NCBI GenBank assembly: GCA_951406725.2
Contig: OX597815.1
Location: 123,814,001 to 123,878,000 of the forward strand
Direction of reading: 5' to 3'
Length of the DNA stretch: 64,000 nt
Origin: Octopus vulgaris
Taxonomy: Eukaryota
The notes under the pieces were generated by a model. It was not told where the DNA came from. It did no database searches and saw only the letters and a program-made list of their open reading frames with translations. A program made the position numbers and the translations under genes. Shown here piece after piece: positions 26,106-39,365 of this stretch (position 1 is its first letter; the number at the start of each line of letters is the position of its first letter).

Positions 26106-27354
26106 GATAGACAGTTGGGTGCTCAACAAGTATATCTGCCCGGGACACGAAGATCTTCGAAAGGGTCCCGTGCATTTCTAGTGAGGAGAAAAGGCCATAC
26201 CTCTTACCAAGGAGCCTAAAAGCAGCCTCGTTCTTCCGCTCTTCCTTGCAAAATTTCTCTCGGAGGCCATGTTGATAAAGATAATTGACTATGTATTATT
26301 ATAATAAATAATTATCACGCTGTATTCTAAGGTTATTACCTTAGAATAAAGTGTAATAACCCTCTATTATATTTTCTATGAATGTTTATTATGCATATTA
26401 TTTCTTTTTATGTTTATTATCATGTTTATTTGACTATATACTTGCACGAGATCATCTATTTATGAGCCGCACGTTTGTATTTAAAAATACGCATTTGAAT
26501 TCAGATAGTGATAGAAAATTCGCACTTAGTTCACAGCTCCTTTGTTTTGCATTTTATTTTTGTCCTGGGAGAAAACATGTAAAGCTGGATTAATGATGTC
26601 AACAAAAAGAAGTAAACTCGATTGCTAACACAAACACTCTACTCAAAATAAGCTAACAGTATGAAAAGTCACGGTAGACTATGACTGGTTAGACAAAACG
26701 AAGTGATAAGATGTTGATGGAGACAGCTGGACCACATCAGTTCAGAAAAGAAAGCTGAAGAGAAAGAGCGATTCACTTCTGATATAACAACTCGTGAGTA
26801 TACGTATGGATAATCATAACTGATATTGACGGGCATACTATTATGCTCTCAGGCTTTATTTTCCTTGAGGTGCCAGTCAAATCTAGGAATAGTGGGAAAT
26901 ATAAACAGACAGTCAGCCTCTTGCTGCAACGATCGTAGTAGCAGGAATGTGCACGACAGGGAAGTACTACTACTTTTATAAGGGTATAAGGGGTGAGTTG
27001 CGATGCTGCGTCTGTCATCGAAGTGCCGTCGGTGTCTGGGAAAGAAAGTTTTAGCCTAGCCGTACTATTGTATGTCTTCTTTGTCGTCATCGGGGCTCAT
27101 CTTTGGGAGGAACACAATCATGCACACACGCGCGCGCGCACGCACGCACGCATTCCGATGTATCCAATACCTTGTGAGTGGAAAATTGGTTGACGGAAGC
27201 TTTTCGGAAACTTCTATCTATATGTCTGTATGTCTGATTGTGCGCGCGCGTGTATGTATGAGTGTGAGTATCTGTTTATGTTTACACCGATCTATAACCG
27301 GTGTCGTAACCTATGACTCATTATGTGGCAGTTTGATAAACAAGTTTCGACAAA

Positions 27355-27800
27355 AGAAGTACGCAAATGGATGACGAATTTTTAAAAAAAGGAGCAACTA
27401 GCATTGTACACAAACCAGGCATTGTACACAAACCAGGCATTGTACACAAACCAGGCATTATACACAAACTAGGCATTGTACACAAACCAACTGTAACCAC
27501 TGACACAGATCGTTAACTTGTGGATAAACTGATTCGCGTGAACAGGATGCGTTACAATCCGTGATCTTGGCGCACAACTTGACTGTGATCACAATGCATT
27601 GCAGAAGATTGTGGAAACTTTCATCAGAAAGGGTGTGCGAAATAGGTACCTCGGCAGTTGTCACCTGATTTGGAAGAGAGAAGGATGGAAGTCTGTTATG
27701 CTCTACTAGAAGCATTTGACGGCCTTGAAGACCATTTTTGTGACCGATCTAGAGATGAAACATGGATGCATCTTTTCGATCCGGCAACAAAGGCTCATTG
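27355..27800 (+). pseudogene. Mariner transposase remnant (HTH region to first catalytic D)
   Basis: Peptides VRKW..F/KKGATSIVHKP, VTIRDLGAQL and [24 protein letters not shown]...[11 protein letters not shown] (WVPHEL-like and DETW motifs), with a stop and frameshifts. Confidence 0.75.
27398..27489 (+). repeat. 18-bp minisatellite (CAGGCATTGTACACAAAC), about 5 units
   Basis: Directly visible contiguous units with single substitutions. Confidence 0.9.
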
Positions 27801-27938
27801 AAAAGATCAGTATAACACAAATTATATTCATCTTCGCCTTCTATACATACATACATAAATGCATGGATGTAAACAGACATACATATAGATATATATATGC
27901 ATATATGCACACTCACACACACATATACACTTATATGA

Positions 27939-27980
<42 letters not shown>

Positions 27981-28391
27981 GTGTGTGTGTGTGTATGTAT
28001 GTATAAATTTTAAATAAAGATGTATTATTACATCTTTATTTAAAATTTATTCTTCATCACAATAGTTTTCTTTTAAACGGAGCGGGACGTTTAAAGTAAG
28101 GAACATACACGAGGTAATGTAGCGAATATTTTAGAAATAGATGTTGAAATGTTATTTTCAACTGAAAATCCCAGGGTATGTTGGTCATACAGAGGGTGAA
28201 ATCAATCGGTATTGAATATACATTACTTACTGATGTATTCAACACAAAGGTAAGCCTATTCCTCATTTGTTCATTGCATTGCTCGTGTGTATCATTATTG
28301 TGAGTTTCTGGTGGTTCTCAAGCCTTGGCTCTGATTTTAGCAAGTGGTATTATATACCCTACTGTATCTAAATTTCTCTCTCTCTCTCTGA

Positions 28392-28450
<59 letters not shown>

Positions 28451-28459
<9 letters not shown>

Positions 28460-28532
28460 GAAATTAATTAATTTGGAATAATCATTAATTTGGAATAATG
28501 ATTATTCCAAATTAATTAATTTCACCCTATAT
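28451..28532. repeat. Perfect 37-bp inverted repeat with 8-nt spacer inside a (TA)n tract
   Basis: ATATAGGGTGAAATTAATTAATTTGGAATAATCATTA-ATTTGGAA-TAATGATTATTCCAAATTAATTAATTTCACCCTATAT. Confidence 0.9.
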
Positions 28533-28544
28533 TATTACTGATAA

Positions 28545-28615
<71 letters not shown>

Positions 28616-28634
28616 TGCATATAAATATATATGC

Positions 28635-28707
<73 letters not shown>

Positions 28708-28710
<3 letters not shown>

Positions 28711-28993
28711 CACCTGATTTGGAAGAGAGAAGAATGGAAGTCTGTTATGCTCTACTAGAAGCATTTGACGGCCTTGAAGACCATTTTTGTGACCGATCTA
28801 GAGATGAAACATGGATGCATCTTTTCGATCCGGCAACAAAGGCTTATTGAAAAGATCAGTATAACACAAATTATATTCATCTTCGCCTTCTATACATACA
28901 TACATAAATGCATGGATGTAAACAGACATACATATAGATATATATATGCATATATGCACACTCACACACACATATACACTTATATGAGCATAT
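28708..28993 (+). repeat. 286-bp direct duplicate of 27659-27944
   Basis: Identical except for two substitutions seen (AAGGATGG/AAGAATGG, CTCATTG/CTTATTG); offset 1049 bp. Confidence 0.9.
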
Positions 28994-28995
28994 CA

Positions 28996-29394
28996 GGCGC
29001 AGGAGTGGCTGTGTGGTAAGTAGTTTGCTAACCAACCACATGGTTCCGGGTTCAGTCCAACTGCGTGGCATCTTGGGCAAGTGTCTTCTGCTATAGCCCC
29101 GGGTTGACCAATGCCTTGTGAGTGGATTTGGTAGACGGAAACTGAAAGAAACCTGTCGTATATATGTATATATATATGTATGCGTGTGTGTTTGTGTTTG
29201 TCCCCCTAGCATTGCTTGACAACAGATGCTGATGTGTTTACGTCCCCGTCACTTAGCGGTTCGGCAAAAAGAGACCGATAGAAAAAGTACTGGGCTTACA
29301 AAGAATAAGTCCTGGGGTCGATTTGCTCGACTAAAGGTGGTGCTCCAGCATGGCCGCAGTCAAATGACTGAAACAAGTGAAATGAAAGAAATGA
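28996..29394 (+). mobile_element. SINE family A, full length (possibly one of the octopus OR-type SINEs)
   Basis: GGCGCAGGAGTGGCTGTGTGG (A box)...GGGTTCAGTCC (B box), CTTGGGCAAGT CORE-like segment, and 3' CATGGCCGCAGTCAAATGACTGAAAC. The family name is not verified. Confidence 0.85.
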
Positions 29395-32300
29395 ATATAT
29401 ATATATATATATATATATGCTCTGAGCTGAAACTATATATATACCTGTACACACACACGCGCCTAATGGAAGACCGTGAGTGCTTTATGTGTCCATTTCT
29501 GGACGAAAAGAAAAAAAATTGCAACATTGATGAATAGAATGACCGAAATAAAACCTAGTTCTACCAGTCATAGACCCATTCATTAAATACGAATAAAAAA
29601 AAAAAAAAACAAGAAACAAAAAGGAAAATCTTAAAACGCAATATTTAAAGAAACAATTTAATATTTTATAAAATGTCTAGTCAAAAGTGAATAAGACGTC
29701 TTTTTTATATTCTATGAACATTTCAGTCAGTCTTTATGTCAGAGAAATACGAGTCAATGGACTACAGATTAAATCTTGCCTCCAAGTATTTATATTCGTA
29801 AATAGGAAGAACGCTGTCAAGAAAATCATATATGAATTCTACAAATTTTATCCAGAATACTACCAACAATCAACTCCTTGCTCAAGCTACGCACACCGTA
29901 AAATTCTTTCATCACATCCCGTCGTGTTCTCAATTGAATTGCCGCTGTGATTAAAAATATACTTTTCTTCTATATTAGCTGTTACACGTTCTTATCTTGA
30001 GAATTTTCAACAAGTTCTAGTTTTTTTCTTATGTGAGACGCATTCATACTTCCGATTTAATAACTCCTTTAGCATTAGTTGGCGGTTTTACGGTAGTAGA
30101 TCTAACAGTAAAATTTTCATCATAGAAAATTTTCAACACGTTCCCATTTTCTATGTGACATACATTTACACTTTCAATTAAACATTTTCTGATGCGTTGG
30201 TTAATTATATTACAGTAGCAGTTATAAAGTGAAATTTTACTCATTAACTGCTTTTGGACATATAAAATTCAGGAACAAGGAATTGTAAACAAGTTTCTAC
30301 TCTGTCTAAACTAATTTTCAAGGACGTTCAGTTATTTAGACTATGCCATAATTTAGCTTTCATTAATGCAGTATTTTTTTTTTATATTTCATAGTATCTT
30401 ATACTTTTCATATTATAGTAGATCAAGCTGGTATAGCAAAATAATTAACAGTACCCAATTTCTCAATATTAAGAGTTTCAAGACTTTAATCTCTTCGGAA
30501 ATCAGTTGTCAGTAGCAAATTAAATCGTTATAATTTCTCAACATAACCACTCTTCCTTGGACTTCTCCTTCTCCAACAGACCAGGATCTTGATCAAAGAT
30601 ATCATTCAGACGGATGTTAATACGGTTGGTGCGTTATCTTGAAAGCTTATCTTTCTTTGGGCATTAGAGAATGGAATTTGGTAATACTTCTATTCTGTGA
30701 TTAAATTTTTTGCAATCATTTGGAGCTATCATTCTGTAAATCGGAATTATGAGTGATACTTCAAATGACACTACAATTAACACTTACGAAGTTTACTTGT
30801 CAAAATTTACAGTTGAGTTCTTTGAGAATGCTTCAAGAAGAAAGATAAACTTTTTTTAGCCAAATTCAAGATGGCCTTAAAACGGTTAGAAAGTACATCA
30901 TGACGATTTCGGAGACAAAAGCTACACTTATATGTATTGTAAATGGATTTATAAGAGGTACAACTGAATTATTGTCAGGAGCATATTGTTCCCATAAAGG
31001 TGAATTGATGAACATCAATAATAACTTCTGATATAGGTCACAAGGCCAGAAATTGGGGCAAGGTGGTAAAGTAGAGTTAATATCGATCGCAATACTTTAG
31101 AACATAAAGACCCGGTTTCAGATATCGCAAGGCATTTTATTCGACCATTTGACGATTGTGCCAATTCTTTCAACTTTCAGACATCTGTAGGAATAACAGT
31201 CACAAATAAAACTAATAGATAATATATAAAAGATTATATTGGATGCAAGGAGCAAAAGGGCAACGAAATATTCTGTATTTAGAGTGACATTATGACGTTA
31301 TATGAATAACGTAAGCAACAGCTAGTAGAATTAGCTAAAAGAAAACTTAAGTGGAAGAGGGAAAAGTCGTGAATGGAGTTACACTGAGAGAAGTGGTTAT
31401 AATTGGATGTGTCAACATGGATAGGAGTGGTGAACTCGCAGTTCTTTTGCAGGCTTTATGATTCAGAGTGCTTCACTGATGGTGCACGGGTGAGCTGCGG
31501 CTAGTCTAGCAAGCAAGTACAAATGCAAGAATAACATAAGCAATAGCAACATTTTTAGTTACAATAACAGCTAAAACAACTGCGAGGCAAACAAAGAAGT
31601 CTGTATGCGGTCGTTTGACCTACAACAAATCACATATTATATTGGACAATATAATCTTTGGTGTGCAAAAAGGTAAAATGGTTAGGAATGGAAGGCTTTT
31701 GATCATAAGCTTATTCAATCAAGGCCGACATGAAATCAAACAACAGCAACAACAAAAACATTTAAAGCAGGAATGTCATATAAGTAAGGCCATCTATTTC
31801 TACACAAAGTTTTCATCTATTCTTAAACAACATTTCCTTAGAAAGGCATCAATATATAACTACATCAGTTTTTTGTTTTGTTATTCAGAGCTGAATGGTT
31901 TCTTTGTTAATGTTCTTGAAGTGATGATGTGTCAGTTGGATGAAAAATATTCTGTCACTCCAACTTAAGAGATGACGGATAAGCGATTCTTTAGTTCCTG
32001 TTTCTGCCAAATACTTCACGAGAAATCCACTAAAAGCTTACAATGAACTGAGACGACTGTTGTTCGCATGTGGCAGACTTTAGTCATTAATTAATTTGTC
32101 ACTTGTGGACCGAGGTTCTATAACTTCTACCTATATATTAAATCGTTTTTGTCCTTGTTTTAAGTTGAAATGTAAAGTTAAAGACGATGTTTGGTTGCAA
32201 GTAGGAAATTAGTTACATTTTATATAATTGTCATCTCTAAATAAACGCAAGTCTATTTATATATGACATGGTTAAGAAGTCCGTTTCTTGGTTCGATCCC

Positions 32301-32411
32301 ACTGTATAACACATTGGGTTACTATATTCTAATATAGTCCCGGGTCGACTAATGCAATGTGAGTGTATGTATATATATATGTATATATGTATATATATAT
32401 GTATATATGTA

Positions 32412-32503
<92 letters not shown>

Positions 32504-33054
32504 TATATATATACATCTACATATACATATATATTTATATATACATATATACATATACATGCACATAGACACACGCACTCACACCCACCCACATATACCT
32601 ACTTATATAATGGATTTCGGTCGGAATTTCTAGCCATGAATGTTCACTTGTTCGAACCAGAGTAGTGTACCCCAGACTACACTGTTCAATGTGGAGTACC
32701 CTTTTTTAAGGCTCTGGAGTGAGATTTGAAAGTTTTTGGCTGCTGCTTCTAAACAAAGCGAGCAGCCTCGTGGGATTCCCACGTTGGGTAGATTATTATT
32801 ATCTAGTTTGTAACAATGTTGCGAGTACCATAGAGCAAGAAGTAAGTTGCAGGCAATTCCTTAGTTTATGTTTGCTAAATTAGAAATATTCTAGGAGACA
32901 AGAACATCACTATATTTGATCTCTAGACTTAAATAACGAACCATCATCATGTTTACTTGCAAACACAAGTAAAATTGTAACTGCAAACTGATCTCACTTT
33001 CCAGCCATAGCTATTTCACTTCACTAACAATGAAAAAAGCATGAACATCACAGC

Positions 33055-33270
33055 ACGACCATAGGAGTCTCTGAGCGGTGCCTCGATCTTCTCGAGCTAG
33101 CAGCCAAATCTCATTCATATCACATCTTACTACCTTCTTAAAAGAACACATTGAATAACAGTCTTAAATACAATATGTTTGAGAAATAAAAAGACGGGAT
33201 GGCCACAGCTAGTATATATTTGTTCATTGTTCTACTTCATCTGAGTTTAATGGAACTGAACAACAACTAC
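33055..33270 (+). mobile_element. Old interspersed repeat containing GCTAGCAGCCAAATCTC
   Basis: Degenerate reverse-orientation relatives at about 9270-9425, 19025-19200, 23955-24160 and 32630-32790 (TTTGGCTGCT/GCTATTTCTAG segments). Confidence 0.45.
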
Positions 33271-34333
33271 ACGATCATTAGATACTTTCGTTTAAAACAT
33301 CTAAGGTTCGTGTTTAGTAATGGTTATTCTGGTTGTAGGACCCAAGGGTCGCAGAGAATCAGACTCTCATCGAGCCGAATCCGTGACTTCTGCTTTGATT
33401 CCAGGTTATTTCACTTCTTATACTTCACTAGCGCCCATGGGACAGTCAAGAACACCATAATACCTCATTTTATTTTAATATAAAACTTGAATCTTCATGA
33501 CTATCTTTTTACAAATAGTAACACATTTTATGTGAACAGACAATGCTGGTCTGTATATACTATCTAATGGAATTCAAGATCAGGTGCTCAATCTATTAAA
33601 TGAAAGTTAAATGTTTAGCTCCTCGTTCATATCTTAGTAGGTAGGCTACCACACAAGTAAACAGACAATAATTTATGTATGTATGTATGTATGTATGTAT
33701 GTATGTATGTATGTATGTATGTATGTATGTATGTATGTATGTATGTATGTATGTATGTATGTATGTATGTATGCATGCATGTATGTATGTATATATATAT
33801 ATGTATGTATGCATGCAATATATTCATATATGTATATGTATATTTATCATTAATAGACAGAGAGGTTAGTAAGTATTTGGAACAGACTTTTGAACGTTAT
33901 CGCCTTCGTTCTTAATGTCGGAAGCATCGCTTATCTATGTTGCAAGGAAATTAAATTTTATTTGAAGAAGGTGCGATGGGCCAATACGGTATTTCACCGC
34001 AGTTTCTGATACTAACTTTATAGGTAATAAAGTCCTTTTATTTTTTTTACACAGAAATCTTGAAACAGTATACGCAACAAAACGTTTAGAGAAAGTATTT
34101 CCACCTAGATGCCTTTGTAGCGAACAGAGTTCTCATTGAAACAGTAGATATGTATGCGCGCGTGCTCGCGCGTCTGTGTATCAATTATCTTTATTACTAC
34201 TATCGCAGACAATCGTTTCGAGATTGCACTCACGCAAGACATTACTAATGTATTTGTATCCTTTAATCAGTCAAGCTTACATTTTCGTACATCATGTGTA
34301 TATATATATATATATATATATAGATATATACAT

Positions 34334-34539
34334 AGTTTATCCAAACATGAAAACACAACGAGAAAACACAACAACGCGAGGACGTGGAACAAGTATAGTA
34401 TTATTGGATGTTCAGGAAAGAAGGAGGGTTTAACGTTTCGAGCGGAGCTCTTCGTCAGAAACATAGGAAAGGGAAATATCCAAAGAAGGGAAGACGGAGG
34501 GAAAAAAATCGCCATCGGTACACGCGCGCGCACGCACAT
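34334..34539 (-). mobile_element. ~205-bp Penelope-like pLTR / retrozyme-like element
   Basis: Second copy of 20981-21188 with the same boundaries; adjacent to (TA)n. Confidence 0.7.
34428..34462 (-). ncRNA. Minimal type I hammerhead ribozyme (palindromic ACGU stem III)
   Basis: GUUU-CUGACGA-A-GAG(CUCCG)CUC-GAA-ACGU-U^AAAC: intact core with an extra A after A9, 4-bp stem I and 3-bp stem II. This is the architecture described for minimal Penelope-associated hammerheads. Confidence 0.7.
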
Positions 34540-34898
34540 ATATATTTTGGTCATATAATGTGTCGTTAACATCTTGATAGAGTCGTAGAAGCGCCGTCTT
34601 GACATATGTCCTGGCCTGGGAATTTTCAGGCCTAGTGAACACTATCCCTCTCCAGAGCTGACCACAATCGATTTCTTCCGGAAGAAGAGAAAGACACAGA
34701 CAATATACGAGAAGAAAAAGCGAAGGAAAGAAAAATAATCCCTTTACTAAGTTGGCGATTTTTAAATTTATCCCCGAAAGGATAAAAGGCAAAGTTGATC
34801 CCAGTCCAATTTGAATTCAAAGTGCCGGAATCATTGCCGCAAATAAATCTATCCGACTACCTAACGGGTTTGCCAAATGGCCATAGTGCACATATATA

Positions 34899-34994
<96 letters not shown>

Positions 34995-35022
34995 TATATA
35001 TATATATATTTATGTGTATATG

Positions 35023-35056
<34 letters not shown>

Positions 35057-36069
35057 CACGGGCGTGTATATTGGTGGTATGCGTACATAAACATAAGACC
35101 AAACGAAAGGAAAATACGCAATGACCTTTCTTAAATGGAAGTTCAAAGACAATACTAATTTTACTTTAGTACATAAGACATTCGTCTCGTCGATTAAGTT
35201 TCATGATTTATCAACAAAGCTGTTCTTTGTTTAACTACAATCAAATCTTATCTAACCATCAATGTCTTGATTTATATTATATCTTAACAAGAAAACGATA
35301 CGGCAATTGTTGATTCTCTGTTTAAGCAACGGTAATACTTTTTCTTCCGAATTTTATTCTTAACGTAGGAAAACCGATTAATATTATTTACATTGAGTTT
35401 CATTTATTATTCACTATAGATGCAGGTGTTTCTCGTTGATAATATATCGTTCATTGTTAACCCCGGTAAGAAAATATTTCTCCCGATTTAAAGGTTAACG
35501 TTTTCGACCTAGATATACCCCCAAAATATTTATTCTTTAAAACACACACCCACCCATTATCCCCCCCTACAACTGCGTTTCCTATCTTTCGTGGCGTTCT
35601 TAACAAAACATTGTTCCGAGATCACATAACTCTGACGTTTATGCTTATTTTTTCTATAGACGTTCTTGTCTTCGTTTCACCAAATGCAATAAACCCTTTG
35701 GCTAGAACAGGTGTGGTTGCATCCCAAACCATCTCGACGCCATTAGAATATTTAAGACAGTCTGACAATCAATTTACAAACACATTTGGGTTAGTAATGA
35801 AGTAGGGCGGAGTGAGTTGCCAAGAGCCAGTCAACAAGGCGGCAACAGGATGTAGCACAACATTAAAAGAAGCCATGTAAGCACTTTGTTTATTTATTTG
35901 AGGGCAATATAAATCTTTCAGTGGGTGTCCATCATCTTTCCTCATTCTTTCATCTTCAGCAAAAATGTCGTTGTTGAAATATCGCAAATGAAACCACGAC
36001 AGCAGACTGCAAGTGCTAGTAGCAAACATCGGGTTATGTGCGCGCGCGTGTATAAGTGTGAGTGCGTGG

Positions 36070-36377
36070 AACTTTGAGCAAGTGTCTTCTATTATAGCCT
36101 CAGATCAACCAATGCTTTGTGAGTGGCTTTAGACGGAAACTGAAAGAAGCCCGTCGTACACACACATACACACACATACATATAATATATATATATGTAT
36201 GTATTTGTGTGTCTCTGTTTGTCCCCACCACCATCGCCTGACAACCGATGTTGGTGTATTTACTCTCTCGTAAATTCGGCAAAAGAGACCGATGAAATAA
36301 GTCCTGAGGTCGATTTATTCGACTAAAGTCGGTGCTCCAGCATGGTCGCAGTCAAATGACTGAAAGAAGTAAAAGAG

Positions 36378-36378
<1 letters not shown>
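36070..36378 (+). mobile_element. SINE family A, 5'-truncated
   Basis: GAGCAAGTGTCTTCTATTATAGCC...CATGGTCGCAGTCAAATGACTGAAAG. Confidence 0.75.
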
Positions 36379-36444
<66 letters not shown>

Positions 36445-36451
<7 letters not shown>

Positions 36452-36890
36452 ATCTTTCCATTTTACCAATGTGCTTTCGGATCATCAACACAAATTAGAC
36501 TAAACAAGGAAACATTCTTCATTGAAAAGTACAAGCCCAGACTCAACCATCCGAACATACTGATACAGAGAAATTCACATTAAGGGAAAGGAAAAAAGTT
36601 TTAAGCGATTATCTCCCTTACACCGGAAGAAATCACCCACTACCTCCCCTTATTTAGAACTCTCCGGAACATAAACACAACGATAACTCTATCCAACATA
36701 AACATAACGTCACAAGAAATTTGATAAGCTACACGCGAAACCGGTCTTTCTTTTAATTATGTCATTATAATGAAAAAAAAAAAAAAAAATTTCTAATATT
36801 CTTCAGACATATTGACGCAAAAATATATATTTTTTTTAACATTTAAGCCTTCTGTCGTTTTTTCACTCTTTACTATTTTCTATATATATG
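36445..36890 (+). mobile_element. 5'-truncated Penelope-like element 3' end (GIY-YIG C-terminus + decayed hammerhead)
   Basis: Starts directly after (TA)n: LIFPFYQC...QIRLNKETFFIEKYKPRLN, a typical PLE endonuclease end. Downstream at 36714-36752 is AAGAAAT-TTGATAA-GC(TACAC)GC-GAAACCGGTC-TTTCTT. The right boundary is approximate. Confidence 0.7.
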
Positions 36891-37766
36891 CGAATGGAAT
36901 AATTTGTAGACTTAGGAGCATGGAGTTTTGGTTAACTTCTGCCAAGTTATCATGTTGGATATCAATGTTTTGTTATGCACATTTAATAAATACGCCTTCT
37001 CTCTCTTTCATTATATCTGTTTCTCTCTTTCATTATATCTGTTTCTCTCTTTCTCGGTTGTGAAAGTTATCATTCATACAAACTTGTAACATTTGTCATT
37101 CAGATATTTGGAGTCAGTCTTTACTTCATAAGATTTTGGCGCGTCTTTATCCAGTTCATAAATGACTTTCGGAAAATACACAAGTGATTGAAAATATTTT
37201 TTGGTATAGTTTTACTCGATCAGACTGGCTTTGGAATGAATAAAACAACAGATATTTAGTTCCCTTCACCTTGAATTTCATTTCCATTATGTTTCCATGA
37301 AGATATATGTAATGTTTGAAAGTATATTTCGGATTAACCCACTCGTGGAATCAAAATTCTGTGACAAAAATGTTAAAACAAATAAAATGTACTTATTCCA
37401 AGAATTTTGCTCTCTTTTAATTAAGTGAATGACATATCTAAGCAAGTATAAAACGGAAACAACAGCATAGTATTAAAATATACCAAGAAAATTGTACACC
37501 CTTTAATGTACTAATTATAGATGATATAAGGAAATAGTCTCAGCTACAAATTCAGCTGGTATCTCCATTCAATTATAATTCTTTCCAATTGCGTATCGAA
37601 GTTCCAGGTTGAAACTTAGAACCAGTATAGAACAGACAATTACCGTTTGGCGTTTGAAAAAAATTTAATGTTTAATGAAACGATTTATTTAAATATTTTA
37701 TAATGCCCGATGCCAAGTTGAACACATAGGTAAAGATCCAAGTGCACAATTGCCCCATTTCACACG

Positions 37767-37842
<76 letters not shown>

Positions 37843-37864
37843 TTGGAAGCGAAAGGATAATAAC

Positions 37865-37908
<44 letters not shown>

Positions 37909-37919
37909 TAATAATAATG

Positions 37920-37966
<47 letters not shown>

Positions 37967-37968
<2 letters not shown>

Positions 37969-38485
37969 TAAATGCCCTGATGCAGTACCAGAAAGTGGAT
38001 CTCATGGCTTCTGATCTTAACTGATTGGAAGTGTTATCATGTACATTGTTTTGTCTTGGTATAAAAGATGGGCTACAGCAAATATTCTGCTCAATACCAC
38101 AGATTTCCTTGTCAGGTGTTTGACCGTAACCAGTTGAGTATGTCCCTTATTGGCTGACGATATGTGCATCTCTGATCACGAGCAGAAGCAGTGGGGGAGC
38201 ATCATAGCCGTGTGTTGAAAGGAATTCTTAGAGGTTTAAATAATTCACCTTTGGAAACATGGGTGGTTCGTTCAACATCCTTAAACAATCCTTATTCAGG
38301 GACCTTTTGAGCGGGATGGGCTACTCGTCATGCGCTGTTTATCTTGATATGAGATCCCCATGTCGTGCACATATGGTTGTGATGCATGTGCCTGGTGTAC
38401 CCTTATCAGACAGGTAGTCATGATGGGTATGCTGGGCTCCGTATATTTTACTCCAGTGTCACTTTGATGGCATGCACGGCTACTC

Positions 38486-38486
<1 letters not shown>
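37967..38486 (+). mobile_element. Non-coding ~520-nt interspersed element bounded by (TAA)n on both sides (element E)
   Basis: Begins (TAA)n-TGATAAATGCCCTGATGCAGTACCAG. A second copy at 51815-52192 (-) has the identical start next to (TAA)n. No convincing ORF and no obvious Pol III A/B boxes. Confidence 0.7.
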
Positions 38487-38566
<80 letters not shown>

Positions 38567-38567
<1 letters not shown>

Positions 38568-39325
38568 GGGATTTTTAATTGCAGCACAAGACCAAAGCCT
38601 CCCCACCAGAAATTACCAAAAACATGTAATGAAAAGAAATATTACAAGTAACTGCAGAATATGTGGAGATGGACAAGAAACAATAAATCATATTATCTCT
38701 AGCTGCCCAGTCCTGGCTAAGAAGGAATATATTCACAGACATGACAGAGTTGGAACTTACATACATTGGAAGCTATGCCAACATTATGGAATAACAACAG
38801 AAAAAAGATGGTATAGGCACACACCAGAAAAGGTCACAGAAAACGAGAAAGCAACCATACTCTGGGATATGCCGATACACACAGATAGAGAAATTAAGGC
38901 CAACAGACCAGATATAGTTGTTAGAGACCATGAAGAAAAAAAATGCTTTCTAATTGATGTATCAGTACCGGCAGATGACAACGTGTCTCTAAAAGAAATG
39001 GAGAAACTCTCAAAATACAAAGACCTGGAAATAGAGGTAACTAGAATGTGGAATCTGAAAACAGAAACAATTCCTATCATAGTAGGTGCATTAGGCATGA
39101 TAAAAAAATATTCAGACAAATACATAACAAAAACACCAGGACTTACAAACACATATAACATACAGAAAATTGCACTACTAGGCACTGCACACATCCTACG
39201 CAGAACACTTTCCATACAATAACCATCAGAGCATCACAACAAATCACAGCACATACCCAAGGCACACAGAGCTGCGCTCGGTAGTGAAGTGAAAGCACGC
39301 TATAAAAATAAAAATAAAACTACTG

Positions 39326-39328
<3 letters not shown>
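38567..39328 (+). mobile_element. 5'-truncated R4/Dong-clade LINE (CCHC + RLE + 3' UTR)
   Basis: The ORF at 38629-39222 is identical at protein level to the last 197 aa of the 40623-42554 ORF. Flanked by (TAA)n on both sides. Confidence 0.92.

Positions 39329-39365
<37 letters not shown>

Noticed and set aside
27398-27489. Regular short repeats as a CRISPR array
   Set aside because: Units are contiguous with no spacers, there are no cas genes, and the context is eukaryotic.
28996-29070. tRNA genes (also at 43878-43950)
   Set aside because: A and B boxes continue into repeat bodies and no full cloverleaf is evident; these are SINE heads.
37967-38330. HDV-like ribozyme at the 5' end of element E (GCCCTGA...TCAGGG pairing)
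   Set aside because: I could not find the P3/L3/P1.1 and J4/2 elements by eye, so it is not claimed.
38784-39215. 143-aa antisense ORF (and its twin at 40630-41061)
   Set aside because: It is a shadow frame of the Dong ORF, and the duplication is explained by the two LINE copies.
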